Shown: one piece after another, positions 12,162 through 24,570 of the stretch
How the letters are laid out: every line of letters starts with the position of its first letter
Numbering within the stretch: position 1 is the first letter of the stretch
Source of the DNA: Octopus sinensis
Taxonomy: Eukaryota
Length of the DNA stretch: 64,000 nucleotides
Assembly: GCF_006345805.1 (NCBI RefSeq)
Contig: NC_043003.1
Span: forward strand, 70,804,001 to 70,868,000
Direction: 5' to 3'
Program-made: the position numbers and the translations under genes
Notes under the pieces: generated by a model
What the model saw: the letters and a program-made list of their open reading frames with translations, nothing else
What the model was told of the DNA's origin: nothing
Databases searched by the model: none

Positions 12162-12162
<1 letters not shown>
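11841..12162 (-). mobile_element. SINE D, full length
   Basis: tRNA-like head gtgaaggcgcatggctcagtgg...gattcccggacc, then cttgatcaagactcttt...cactcagctgtagaaatgag; near-identical to 63391-63734. Confidence 0.9.
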
Positions 12163-12228
<66 letters not shown>

Positions 12229-12238
12229 TATATATATT

Positions 12239-12490
12239 GTTGCTATTATGCAAAATTGTCGTAAGTCCAAAGCGTTGCTTTTCCAGAAAACAAAAAAATA
12301 GTTTCACGATTCCATAGTAAAACTGTTGTACGAAACTTTGACAATTTTTGATATCTCGGCATCTGAAGATCTGAAGTAGCTGCAGAACGATAGTTTGACC
12401 TAAAGAATCGGCTATTGCAAGCAAAAATAAATATTGAAAAAACCGCATTTGGCCAAATTTAGATATACAATAGTTTAACATAATAGCAAC
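12239..12490. mobile_element. Possible MITE with 12-bp terminal inverted repeats
   Basis: gttgctattatg (12239-12250) and cataatagcaac (12479-12490), bounded by microsatellites; no clear TSD. Confidence 0.45.
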
Positions 12491-12592
<102 letters not shown>

Positions 12593-12763
12593 TACACACA
12601 CACACTTTATTTGGCATCGTCGAGATTCCTTTATTTATCTTACATTTTATTTCTTCACTTTAGACATATGCCATAGCTGCGAGAAATAAATAATTATTTG
12701 TAATTATTTATTCAGCACTGTTAAACGAGTTGAGATGTACTTTATCTTCTTGAATTATCACTT

Positions 12764-12836
<73 letters not shown>

Positions 12837-12912
12837 AGAAACACCTTGAAATACATTACTGGAATTGTTCTCGACAATAGACTTTAATAAGCCAGAAAAG
12901 CAATTTACCACC

Positions 12913-12944
<32 letters not shown>

Positions 12945-13923
12945 TCTGAGTATTCACTTACATATATACGTATGTATTTGTGTGTGTGTGTATTTATATA
13001 TATATGTGTGTATATATATAGTAGTAACAGAAAAGAGGAATTTCGATTATCCCCACGTGGTGAGTTGTAATGTATATAAGAAATTAAAAAGGAAAATACG
13101 CACACTTACATAGTTCTAATATAATTTTTAATATATCGACCGGTTTCGCTATCGCTATTCATGATATTATCATACAACTACAGCATATATATATATATAT
13201 ATATATGAACCCGGAACCATGTGGTTGGGAATATCGTCAAGTTCCACTCTGTGCCCACATAGACTCTTGCGCTAGAAATAAAAACCCCAAATTTCTTATA
13301 TTCCCTTTCTATCAATGTAAAGACAGAATCTCTACACAAGAAAGAATAAAAAATTAGAATCTTTTTATTGAAAAATTCCAAACGCTTCTTAATATGCAAA
13401 CTCCATGGTGACCGTATTCCTTCTTTTTCTAGCCTACCTAATTAGATACATATACATTTGTTACTTATATTTCTAAGAACGGACATAAGCATTCTGTAGA
13501 CAAAAACAATTCAGCATTCCAATTAAAAAATATAAGACCCACAGAATTGTCTCCCCTTACCCACAGGAACTGGATAACTCCTACCCCATTTCCTGTTTGA
13601 CACATAAACATCCAACGTTCTCGAACAAAACACTACACTGAAACACATGCATCCTAGTTCTTCAAACAAGTTTTTCCATGGAATACTATTGAACTTTAAG
13701 AGCTTAAAGACACTGTGATGTATTGGTATATTTATTTATTTGTTTTTATATATATTTATAATTTTTTTTTAAAAAAAGCATTATTTCCCCACCTTTCTTA
13801 TCCTGAAAATTTGCTATGCAATGGAAGCTGGTTTGAGATCTTTTTTAATCTTTCTTACACCCATTTATATTAAAATTTGCTTTCATTTTAGCATTCTGCC
13901 TTATTATTATCATTTTCCTTTCC

Positions 13924-14041
<118 letters not shown>

Positions 14042-14149
14042 CATATACATGTAGTATATTTTACGTCATGTGAGCAGGACCCTCCGTTATAGGTTTTGAA
14101 CAAGCTGATCATTGATTCGCCGTACTTCCGATGGTTAAAGGGGCTAGAG

Positions 14150-14325
14150 TTGGTCTGGCCTGTACAAATTTGGTGGATTAAATACCACAAGTTATTCGTA
14201 ATCGCTGAGATGGCTTCTCTTTCAGCACATAATAGAAGAGACTTTTCCAAGAGGGTTCATGAGTGGGATCGAAAGCACACCATGGAATTACGAAGCGAAC
14301 GTCTTACATACACCACTACACGTGT
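14150..14325 (-). mobile_element. Degenerate tRNA-derived SINE
   Basis: Minus strand gtgtagtggtg...ctttcgatcccac (A/B-box-like), then ctcttggaaaagtctcttctattat, similar to the SINE A head. Confidence 0.45.
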
Positions 14326-15974
14326 GTGTGTGTGGTGTGTGTGTGTGTGTGTATGTGTGTGTGTTTGTGTGTGTGTATGTGTGTGTGCTGCGCGTGTGCA
14401 GTATTTGTCTATAATGTCCTATACTTTCTCTTCTCTCTGTTCGTCACGTGCATGCGCGCGAACAACCAATCAAAGGTGCACACGCATAGTAAACACCGGC
14501 AGTTGTTATTAATAACCAATCGTTTTCCCTCAGATCCGTTGGTGATAAACCCTTCTTTTCCATTGAATTTTACTAAGTTACATTACTGGTTTTTTTTCTG
14601 AACCTTAAAGAAACCATAGATGTAGCTAATTATCAAATATTGTATTCCAATGTTGAACTGACAAATCATATCGGATTGCGTTCAGGAGATTCGCAGATTC
14701 GGCAAAGCAAAAGCTTGCAGGATCGATCGTTATTTTGAACTTCACACAAAGAACAATATACACATCATTAACAATTTCCTTTGCATATAAATAAATTGTC
14801 GCTAAGATTATCAAGAAATGTATGTCTTTCCTACTAGATTTCATAACACACTATAAAATATGTCTTTTGTCCGACTCAAAATTTACGCATTCTTCCAAAT
14901 ATCAGAGATATGATTACATATTTCAAACACACGAATTTTACTTGAAGACTGAACGATGAGCAATTTAACCTAGTTTCGGGAAATATTGAAACGGGGTGAA
15001 TATTCCTCACGAATGAAGATGTGTGTTTTCTGAGAATGACTTTCAAACTAAATCTAGTAGTGGGAGCCCTGGTTTGGAAAATATAGCATTTTAAGGGTGT
15101 GGAACCATCTCTTAACGATTATTGTTATAAAGTCTACTCTGACCCGGAGCAGCAGCACCTGCCAAGATCCCAGCTATGGGGTTAATTTGTATGCCACAGA
15201 AGTACCATCAGAAGGTCACCCACAGACATCTACAAAGGATCCGGGGTAGATCATCAAATCCTGCATCAAGGTGGCTACTGCACTCGTGGCACCACTTGCA
15301 CCAGACTAACACGAGTTTGAAGGATGAGAGAGTGGAACTGGTTCTGCACAAACCATGTCCACTTTAATGATATTCATCGGGCAAGTTGTCCAACAAACCA
15401 AAAAGCAGCAGCATCACACTTTCTTCATAAATCCAGCAGTGATAAGGAAAAAGGTGATGGTGACAGGCAGATGATGCTACTTGAAGTCTTCAGTCCTAAC
15501 TCTACACGCAAGCGGCCAAAGGGCGATGGTCATTTTCCATAGACTTGGGAACACCGTGAAGATGTGTCTTGCTGGACTCTCATTCGTCGAAGTGATGAGG
15601 GAGTCCATAATGAAAATATATATTAGCGATTTATCAACCACAAAATACACGCGTTTAAAATACGCTTCGATTTTTCTGGAATGCTTAATTGATGCATTTA
15701 AACGCTAATACTGCTGTACTTTAAAGCAAACAGTTTTCGTGTCTCTTGGGAGTCCGGCTTAAGTTTGTCTATTTCTTAATAAACGTTATTAAACTACATG
15801 GAGTTCAGAATGAATCATCGGTTTCCATATATTTATTGTTATCTTAAACTGGAAATAAAGTCTTGATCTATTTTTTAGATGATCACTTTGAAGATAGTTT
15901 CTTCTACATTCTAATCCTTTGCGGATTACTTTATGTTACAGAGGTTAAATTCGTTTCTATTTTACCCTTTTAAA

Positions 15975-16660
15975 TGAGTTTAGATCCGACCCATATCAGG
16001 TACTGCACGCTGTATGAATTCAAAAGGGGTTCTTCAGCAATGGGAGTGCATGAAAATGTATGGAAATGAAGCTTTAAGTGCAGGAACATGCCAACGGTGG
16101 TTGGGCCAGCTTTGATGAGGAAATGTATCTTTCGCAGAATCCTCTCGATGTGAACGACCAAATTCTGTCAGTTCTGAGCTTCTGAAAACCACAGAAGAAG
16201 GAACTCCAAAGCAAACTGCATGAGAATTAGCAAAGTTCTTCACTTCAAGCCACACTTTTATCCTAAAACACCTTCATGAACGAGGAAAAGTGTCTTAACT
16301 TGGTCAGTGGGTACCTCATCATTTGACAGCTTCTCAGCTTAATCAAAGAGTTGCCTTCTCTTCGTCATTGAAGAGTAGACGAGTTACCAAACCTATCCCG
16401 GAGTAGAATTATCAGAGATAATATGGAAGTTGTGCTTCATCCTCCTTACTCTACTGACTTTGATCGATCAAACTATTATCGTTTCAATTCATTGCACCGT
16501 TATTTAGAAGGAAAACGGTTGTGAAGAAGTAAAAAAATTATATCGAGGGTCTCTTTGCTTCAAAACCTGAAGAATTTTATGCTCAAGGGAAAGGCAATTT
16601 GCCAAATAGGTAGGATTTTGTTATCAGTAATGAGGTGGAAATAACGTCTTGATCAAATAT
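15975..16660 (+). pseudogene. mariner transposase remnant, internally deleted
   Basis: MSLDPTHIRYCTLYEFKRG N-terminus, WVPHHL (tgggtacctcatcatttg), HPPYSTD (HPPYSPDL-like); many stops and frameshifts. Confidence 0.85.
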
Positions 16661-17214
16661 ATACCTTGAGATTAAAAAGAAGCGATCTTCTTTTCAGCTT
16701 AATACATCGCTGCATACATTTGCCTCACATAACGCCTCTGTGTGTATGTGTGTGTATATGATATTTGCCATGCGGTAAAACAATCAGTGAAAGTATTGTA
16801 GCTTATATGTAATATTAGAAGTATTTTGCAGATGCAATGAGAATATTATCTTAAATGTATTAAATTTAGCAAAGATCGAAGAAATGTAGAAAACCTGTAT
16901 TAGTGAATATTATGCAAATATATAGGTAAAGATGGTTTAAAGTGTTTGCTACGAGGAAAACAAATTGGGTTAGACATAACCAGATTTACTTTTTCCATCT
17001 CAGACGATTTAAGCTAGCTTTACATGTGTGTCTGTGCTTGTGTTTCTGTATGTATGTATGTATGTATGTATGTATGTATGCATGTATGCATGTATGCATG
17101 TATGTATGTATGTATGTATGTATGTATGTATGTATGTATGTATGTATGTATATGTATAGAAGCAGGTAGATTTATATATGTATATTAATAATTACAAACA
17201 CATGCAAAAGGCGT

Positions 17215-17452
17215 AGAGCTGGCGGAATCGTTAGCACACCGGATAAAATGCTTAGCGGCATTTTGTCCGTCCTTACATTCTAAATTCAACTTCCGCCGGG
17301 GTCGACTTTACCTTTAATTTTTTCGGGTACCAATTCCCGAAAGTACCAGTGTTCCAGTTGAACACTAAGTACCAGCTGAATACTGAGGTCGATGTACTCG
17401 ACTTAGCCCCTGCCCCCCAAATAGCCAGCCTTGTGCCAAAAATTGAAGCCAA
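17215..17452 (+). mobile_element. SINE C, C2 tail
   Basis: gagctggcggaatcgttagc...gtcgactttacc...gccttgtgccaaaaattgaagcc. Confidence 0.8.
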
Positions 17453-17569
17453 TAACTACAACATGTACAACCACGCTACAGGGTGAGTCAAAAGTTCTTT
17501 TAGTGTTAATATAAATTGTCTAACAATCAACATCATTTGGGTTTCTTAATATATATATCATCTCCTCTC

Positions 17570-17700
17570 TCTCCCTCCCCCCTCTCTCTCTTCCACACGT
17601 CTCTCTCTCTCTCTTCCACACGTCTCTCTCTCTCTCTTCCACACGTATCTCTCTCTCTCTTCCACACGTCTCTCTTTCTCTCTTCCACACATCTCTCACT
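17570..17700. repeat. ~22-bp pyrimidine-rich tandem repeat (ctctctctcttccacacgt)
   Basis: About six units visible. Confidence 0.85.
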
Positions 17701-17829
17701 TCCTTACCACAGACTTCTACACCCACAACGTATTCCACGTTGACCGCCATTATTCAGGGATTCCAGGTGAAGTGGGCCACTACCCCGCCGATCATATTGA
17801 TATCCGTCTCTCACAATAAACTATTCTGG

Positions 17830-19277
17830 TGGACTTAAGGTGTACCTAGGAACGAAGGCTAAACTCACAGAGGCAGAAATCGCAGATGCGATTAAAGTAC
17901 TCAAATGTGGTAAGGCTACTGGAGAGAACGAATTCCGGTCTAAGATTTGAAAGCTTTAAATAGAGAAGGTACTCTCTGGTTGATTTGTGCATGCCAGGTG
18001 GCTTGGACCTCTGGAAAGAAATGGTAACTTTTAGAAAAGGGAGACACAAGACAGTGCTTTAATTATAGAGGAATTTCCTTCTCAAGACTATCTGGTGTCT
18101 GGAAAAGAGATGTAGAGAAATCGCTGAACTCAGATAAATTGGAAAACAGTGTGGCTTCCGTCGATGGGCCCGACATTTCTTAGATAGATCGCGGAAATAT
18201 TACCAAGCGGTATACGCTTGCTTTGTAAACCTGGGAAAGGCATATGCTGTGGAGGATTCTGCAGGAGTTTGACATTGATGGGTAACTTCTGGTTGCCGTG
18301 AAGTCCTGATATGAATGTCCTGATGTTTAGGTTCGAGTAAATAGTGACAAGTCGAAAACTTTCAACCTGAAAGTTGGGCTTAAGCAGTGGTACATATTAT
18401 ATCGTTTCCTTTTCATAATTTTCCTGAACTGGATTGGCATGCGCAGCCATTGTCGAAGTGGCATCACAATCGGTAGGAGTAGGATCGCTCCCCTGATATT
18501 CGCAGATAACATGGTGCTACTTGGCTCATCAAAAGGTGATCTCTAGCATGCTCCGAATGGATTTATTGCCGAGAGCTGCAGGACAGGGATGAGAATTAGT
18601 GATGCGAAGACTGAGATACTGGTCCCCCAAAGAAAGGTCTTCCAGTGCACCCTGCATAATAGTGGAACATCTCTGAGGTAAGAGGAAAGTTTAAGCACCT
18701 GGGGATCGTATTCACAAGTGACGGAAGGTAAAAGGTCCTGGCAAAGAAATGCGCCAGCTTCAGCATTCAATTTTCAGAAAAGTAGAAGTTGATAAAACAA
18801 TCAAAATTGCTATCTTTAGTTCAGTCTTCATGCCTATCTTATTCATCATCTTAATCATAGTGGTACGCCAGCATGGTCTCAGTCTAATGACTGATGCAAA
18901 TAAGGAGTAAAATGTAGAGGTATCCTCACTTATTGTCACGAATATTGGATGATGGGCGAAAGAAAACTCGCGAATACAAGGGGCCGAATTGGGATTCCCG
19001 CGAGCGATTGCATAGCTAGGAGATAAGGAAGTCTCTGCAGGTCGAGCCACCATTCCTCTGCATTGAAAGGTCATGTCTATGGTATTACGAGCACGTGATT
19101 AGAATATCGCAGAAAAAGATCGCAAAACCAATTCTTCAAGCTGAATGAACAGGTAAGAGATCTAAAGGTGGAACAAGAATGAGATGTCTGGATAATATTT
19201 ATAGTGTCTTATTGGTCATGCTTAAGAATCCAGCCGAAATCTGAAATAACTGTTGTTTCGGATAGGACCCAATGGAA
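17830..19277 (+). pseudogene. RTE-clade (Expander/Rex3-like) LINE reverse transcriptase remnant
   Basis: Translates to LTEAEIADAIKVLKCGKATGENE, KGDTRQCFNYRGIS, YACFVNLGKAY, VGLKQ, LIFADNMVLL (FADD motif); heavily degraded. Confidence 0.85.
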
Positions 19278-19533
19278 GATATCTAAAGGTAATGCAGTAC
19301 GATCGTTTCATGCGACTTATTTAATTGAACAATGTAATCATTTCCTTACATCAATTTAAAATGCAGAGCAGTCTTCAGCTGCACAAAGATATAGAATTTA
19401 ATTAAATTAGAAGGACTATGTCTTTGTGAAGCTGATGATTGCTCTACATTTTAAATTGACGTAATGAAATGATCGCATTGTTCAATTAAATGGAGTCGCA
19501 TGAAACGATCGTACTGCATTACCTCTAGATATC
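19278..19533. mobile_element. Fold-back MITE, 256 bp (two ~117-bp inverted arms)
   Basis: gatatctaaaggtaatgcagtacgatcgtttcatgcgac... mirrored by ...gtcgcatgaaacgatcgtactgcattacctctagatatc, with a ~21-nt spacer. Confidence 0.85.
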
Positions 19534-20339
19534 CTTGTTGCTTATTTTGATTTTATACATCTTGTTTTGAAATTGTATGGATAATACCGTACTAAATTCT
19601 GGTGCCTCAACTTAAGTACCGTATTCATCTGAATCTAAATTTTTACATACATACTTATATATAATCCAAACGATAAGACAAAGAAAGACACATCTTTAAC
19701 GATCAGTTACAATTGTTTCTGTACCACTTTGCTTTCTACGCCAGTTCACACAAAGGTTCCAAGTGGAAAATTACATAATATTTGTAGTTTTCGACATTAG
19801 AGTGGCAACTTCCTCAGACCTGCATCAAAATTGCATTCTTACAAAAGCGCGCTCTTACATTGTGCCAATAGCTTTGGTGTGGTGGTGGTGGAAAAGACCT
19901 AAAGAGACATCGATTCCATTCAGAGACGGTGTATAGAAACATTCTCTGCACACAAGTCTTTATCCTGAAAATGCGTGTGTGCGTGTGTGTGTGTTTATAT
20001 ATATATATATATAGACATGTATATGTGCGTATATATGTGTGCGTGTGTGTGTATGTGCATACAGCTATTAATATAACGTGTCTCTAATAAACGTTGTATT
20101 AATATGTAATGCAAAATGAAATAAATTAAAAAGAAATGGAAAAGAAATTTGGATGTTTTTTTTTTACAAAGGAACACGAAAAGAATGTAAACATCATTAC
20201 TTAGAATACGTTAGACAAACGAACCAAAGTACACACACGCACACACACACATACACATACACATACACATACATATGTATGTATTAATGTGTGTGTATGT
20301 GTATATATATGTGTGCGTATGAATATGTATATTGATTGA

Positions 20340-20409
20340 TAGATACATAGATGAATAGATAAATAGACAGACAAACAGACATATAGATAGATAAATAGAT
20401 AGACAGATG

Positions 20410-20460
<51 letters not shown>

Positions 20461-20509
20461 GGATGGATGGATAGATAGATAGACAGACAAATAAATAGAT
20501 AGATATATA

Positions 20510-20557
<48 letters not shown>

Positions 20558-20579
20558 GCAAACAGACGGACAGACAGAC

Positions 20580-20648
<69 letters not shown>
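20340..20648. repeat. (GATA)n/(GACA)n compound microsatellite
   Basis: Directly visible; 3' flank of the Tx1-like copy. Confidence 0.95.
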
Positions 20649-20649
<1 letters not shown>

Positions 20650-21660
20650 CTTCCTTTATTGGCCACACAGGGCTGAACACAGAGGGGACAAATAAAAATG
20701 TAGAGCTTTTCTTTTCGAAAATGAAAAAAAAGCGGGGAAATAAGAAAAAAAGTAAAATTCCGATCAAAAATGATCGGGAAAAAATAAACAAAATATAAAG
20801 AACGATCAAAAGGGTTCGTGTATCACAGAAGAGTTTTAAAAACGTAAAAAGTAAGATTAAGTTTATCCGTGGCAAGAAAAACCTACGGAAAAGACCGCGG
20901 TAACCTCTCTCTCTCTCTCTCTCTCTTTCGATTTACAGGGTCATGTTCTAAACGGTTTCGACACCCAGACGCACCATCTTTGCTACATTCACCCACCATT
21001 TTTGAAACTTTTACTAGACAAAACCTGCCTCTCCATTCTCACCTTCCTTTTCAAGTGCTACTTGAAAAAGTTGATGAGCGATTGGCCAGAGAGGTAGGTG
21101 TTTGTCTCTAATCCTTTCGCTCGAGTCCACCACACACATTCTTTCACCATGGCCCCCAGTACGATGAAGACTGCCTTGCCTTCCCGGTTGAGGGAAGTTG
21201 GCAGACTAATTGTCACGATAGACTCGGCTGACAGGCGGACTCGTCCCACACGTGACAGAAATCGTTCGGCATAAGCCCACAGGCCCGAAATGGTTGGACA
21301 CAGCACGAGTGCGTGCAGAACGGTTTCGTCGCTCTGACTACATCTCGAGCAAGTCGGTCCAGTGTGTCTCGAAGCCTGTAGAGCTTATCCCAAACAGGTA
21401 ATGCTTGTCAATAGCACTACCAAGCCAGGGATCTTCGGTGATTGTCCATAGGTCCCGGCCCGAAAGTTGTCCTGAACAGGCAGGTCAGGTATTCCTCGTC
21501 GACAACCAGATTCTGCCCGAGAACGTCGTCGCACCTCCCGTCCACTAATCCTCTATAGAACGCCTTTGTTGTAATGAAGTCGCACATGTTTGGTCCCGGA
21601 CGGCAGAGTTGCTTGAGAGCAACGCGACACTCGCGGTGCCATTCGCCTAGCCTCGGTCTA
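20649..21660 (-). mobile_element. L1/Tx1-like LINE, 5'-truncated, embedded in (GATA)n
   Basis: C-terminal ORF2 remnant (RSLAW..ALPVWDKLY; LSAESIV; VKECVWWTRAKGLETNTYLSG) and 3'UTR ending ...gtgtggccaataaaggaag. Confidence 0.75.
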
Positions 21661-21910
<250 letters not shown>

Positions 21911-21931
21911 AATACATACATACATATATAC

Positions 21932-22034
21932 ATACAAATAAATGAAAGAATGGAGTTGAACGACGAATTAACAAAATTCCTTTATTTTCGACATATGTTT
22001 CGTAGTTCAACTCCATTCTTTCATTTATTTGTAT
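21932..22034. repeat. 103-bp hairpin (36-bp arms, one mismatch)
   Basis: atacaaataaatgaaagaatggagttgaacgacgaa versus ttcgtagttcaactccattctttcatttatttgtat. Confidence 0.9.
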
Positions 22035-22530
22035 TTAAAAAAACACACAAATTTCCACACGAAAGCACGTGATCTCTGTCCTTGGCATGTAGCTTCAACC
22101 GTGTTTTTCTGACGTGAATTTGCTACCCAGGTATCGGTTAACCGAATTATCCATAATAAGATAATTAATTCAACTACTCAAATATACATATATACATACA
22201 TATACATACATATATTTATATATACATACATATATACACATACATATATTTATATATACATACATACATATATGCATACATACATAAGCATGTGTGTATA
22301 GAATTGTTTTGTTTGGAGTATATTTATGGTTATGTCGGGTATTTAAGAATATATATGAGTGTATGTATGTGTGTATTTATGTGTATATATACATGTGTAT
22401 AGATCTCCATGTCTATATGTATGTGCATGTATATATATATGTGTGTATTACTGGTTTATTTTTGAGTAGCATTCATACTGTATATCGTCAAGCACATATA
22501 ATATTATACGTATAAGTATATATCAGTGTA

Positions 22531-22574
<44 letters not shown>

Positions 22575-22575
22575 A

Positions 22576-22606
<31 letters not shown>

Positions 22607-22715
22607 ATATATGCCTACCTACATTCATACAATGCATATCGCCACACTTTTACATCCCTAAATAAATCACTACAAAATACATGGACAAGCACGCACACAC
22701 ACACACAGACACACA

Positions 22716-22755
<40 letters not shown>

Positions 22756-23133
22756 ACACACACACACACACATACACACACACGCTACAATATTGTAATC
22801 GTAATACAGCACACGGTTCCTACATCTTCACAACCTCTTTATATTAATCTGCTACAAATAAATTCTCTATTTCTGTATTCACCTTACTTTATTCTTTCGA
22901 ATATCTTCTTACATATTTATCCCTCCGCTTGTTTTTTTCTTTTTTTTCAAGAGGATAACAAGAAGAAAACATTATTAAAATCATTTGCAAAGAAACGCAT
23001 TGATATTGATTAAGGAGTATTTTGATTTACGTCAATTGGAGAATTGGATAAATATTGTAAATAAATAAATATAGATATACCAAATATCCTTTTAATGAAT
23101 ACAACAACCATCATTATTGCAGTTCCTCTATCC

Positions 23134-23550
23134 ACCATGGTATCATTGATATCATAGAAATATTATGGTGATATCGTTGGTATCATAGAAGTATAATGGG
23201 GGTATCGTTGAAATCATAGAAGTACAATGGTAATATCGTTGATATAAACGTACAGTGGTGATACCATTGATATCATAGAAGTGTACAGGTGATATCGTTG
23301 ATACTATTGAAGTATAATAGTGATATAAATGATATCACAGAAGTATAATAGTTATATCATTGATATCATATATGTACAATGGTGAGATCAGATATCATAG
23401 AAATGTAATGTTAATATCTTTCATATCACAGACGTATCATGGTGATATCATGTATGTAATGGTGATATCACTGATACCATAGAAGCATAATAGGAATATC
23501 ATTGATGTGAGGGAAGTGTTATGGTTATATCATTGATGTAGAACTACAAT
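23134..23550. repeat. 31-bp minisatellite, about 13-14 diverged copies
   Basis: Unit atggtgatatcgttgatatcatagaagtata; starts at 23165, 23196 and 23227. Confidence 0.9.
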
Positions 23551-23609
23551 GAGCTTAATTTTTGTTGTTGTTTAACACCAATCATGACTCGGTATGGCTG
23601 TGTTTTTGA

Positions 23610-23812
23610 GAAGCTTCTCCCTTTCGTCACCGCTTGAAACCGGTATTGATGTATTTACGTCGCCATAACTTAGCAGTTCGGCAAAAGAAACCGTATACTA
23701 AGTACCAGACTTTAAAAAAAAAGTAAGTATTAGGATCGATTTGTTCGACTAAAACCTTCTAAGGTGGTGCCCTAGCATGGCCGCAGTTCACTGACTGACA
23801 CAAGTGAAAAAA
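23610..23812 (+). mobile_element. SINE A tail module without head
   Basis: accgcttgaaaccgg...aacttagcagttcggcaaaag...ggtggtgccctagcatggccgcag. Confidence 0.75.
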
Positions 23813-24168
23813 ATCTGCAACGAAAGCAAAGTTTTTTCTATATCAGTGGAGCCGCTGATATAGAAAAATAGTGATTGGCTTTCCTTGATCTAACTGTTTA
23901 AGTATGATACACAGATTGCTATTTGAAACTAATACAACTTTTGTTGCACATAACGAATTTTTATTCAGTCGATCGGCTAATTGCAAATCAGTAATTTTTC
24001 AAACATCCAATTGCAACACATGAATAGGAATGCTGTATCTGCAACTAAAAATGCAAATCACTTACTGACCACAGTGGCTTTAAAAGCTATTTACCTCCCA
24101 TAGTAATGTATGTATGTATGTATGTATGTATGTATGTATGTATGTATGTATGTATGTATGTATGTATG

Positions 24169-24520
24169 CGTCTCTTCTATATTTTAATCATTATAAGTCT
24201 TCCACAGAGGAGGGAGCGGTTTCCAACAAAGATACAAGGCTCCATCTTCGGAATGTAGTTAACACAGACAAATTCACATTTGGAACTCGAGAAAAGTCTT
24301 GCATATTTTTATTGTTCCACTCACAGATTGCACTTGTAATGTACGAATTAGCCAGTCAATTTCTCTTTCTGAAAATCCCAGTTTATCCAGATTCTCTTCT
24401 AAGCATTTACTAAGAAAACTTAGTGCTCCAAATATTATTGGTATGAATATAAATTCATAGTCTGGATATAGAAGCTGGGAGTTTCGAAGCAGTTGTCAAT
24501 AGATATCCTCTTTTTGTTTG
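24169..24520 (-). mobile_element. RLE-type (R4/NeSL-like) LINE 3' end, between (ATGT)n tracts
   Basis: Minus-strand translation ..LLYPDYEFIFIPIIFGALSF..LDKLGFSE..LQVQSVSGTIKICKTFL. Confidence 0.8.
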
Positions 24521-24555
<35 letters not shown>

Positions 24556-24570
24556 TGTATGTATGTATGT

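Noticed and set aside
15120-15560. GC-richer segment with short ORFs
   Set aside because: No recognisable protein motif in the frames I checked; probably an unclassified repeat.
23134-23550. CRISPR-like array
   Set aside because: The units are contiguous and diverged with no unique spacers, in a eukaryotic context with no cas genes.
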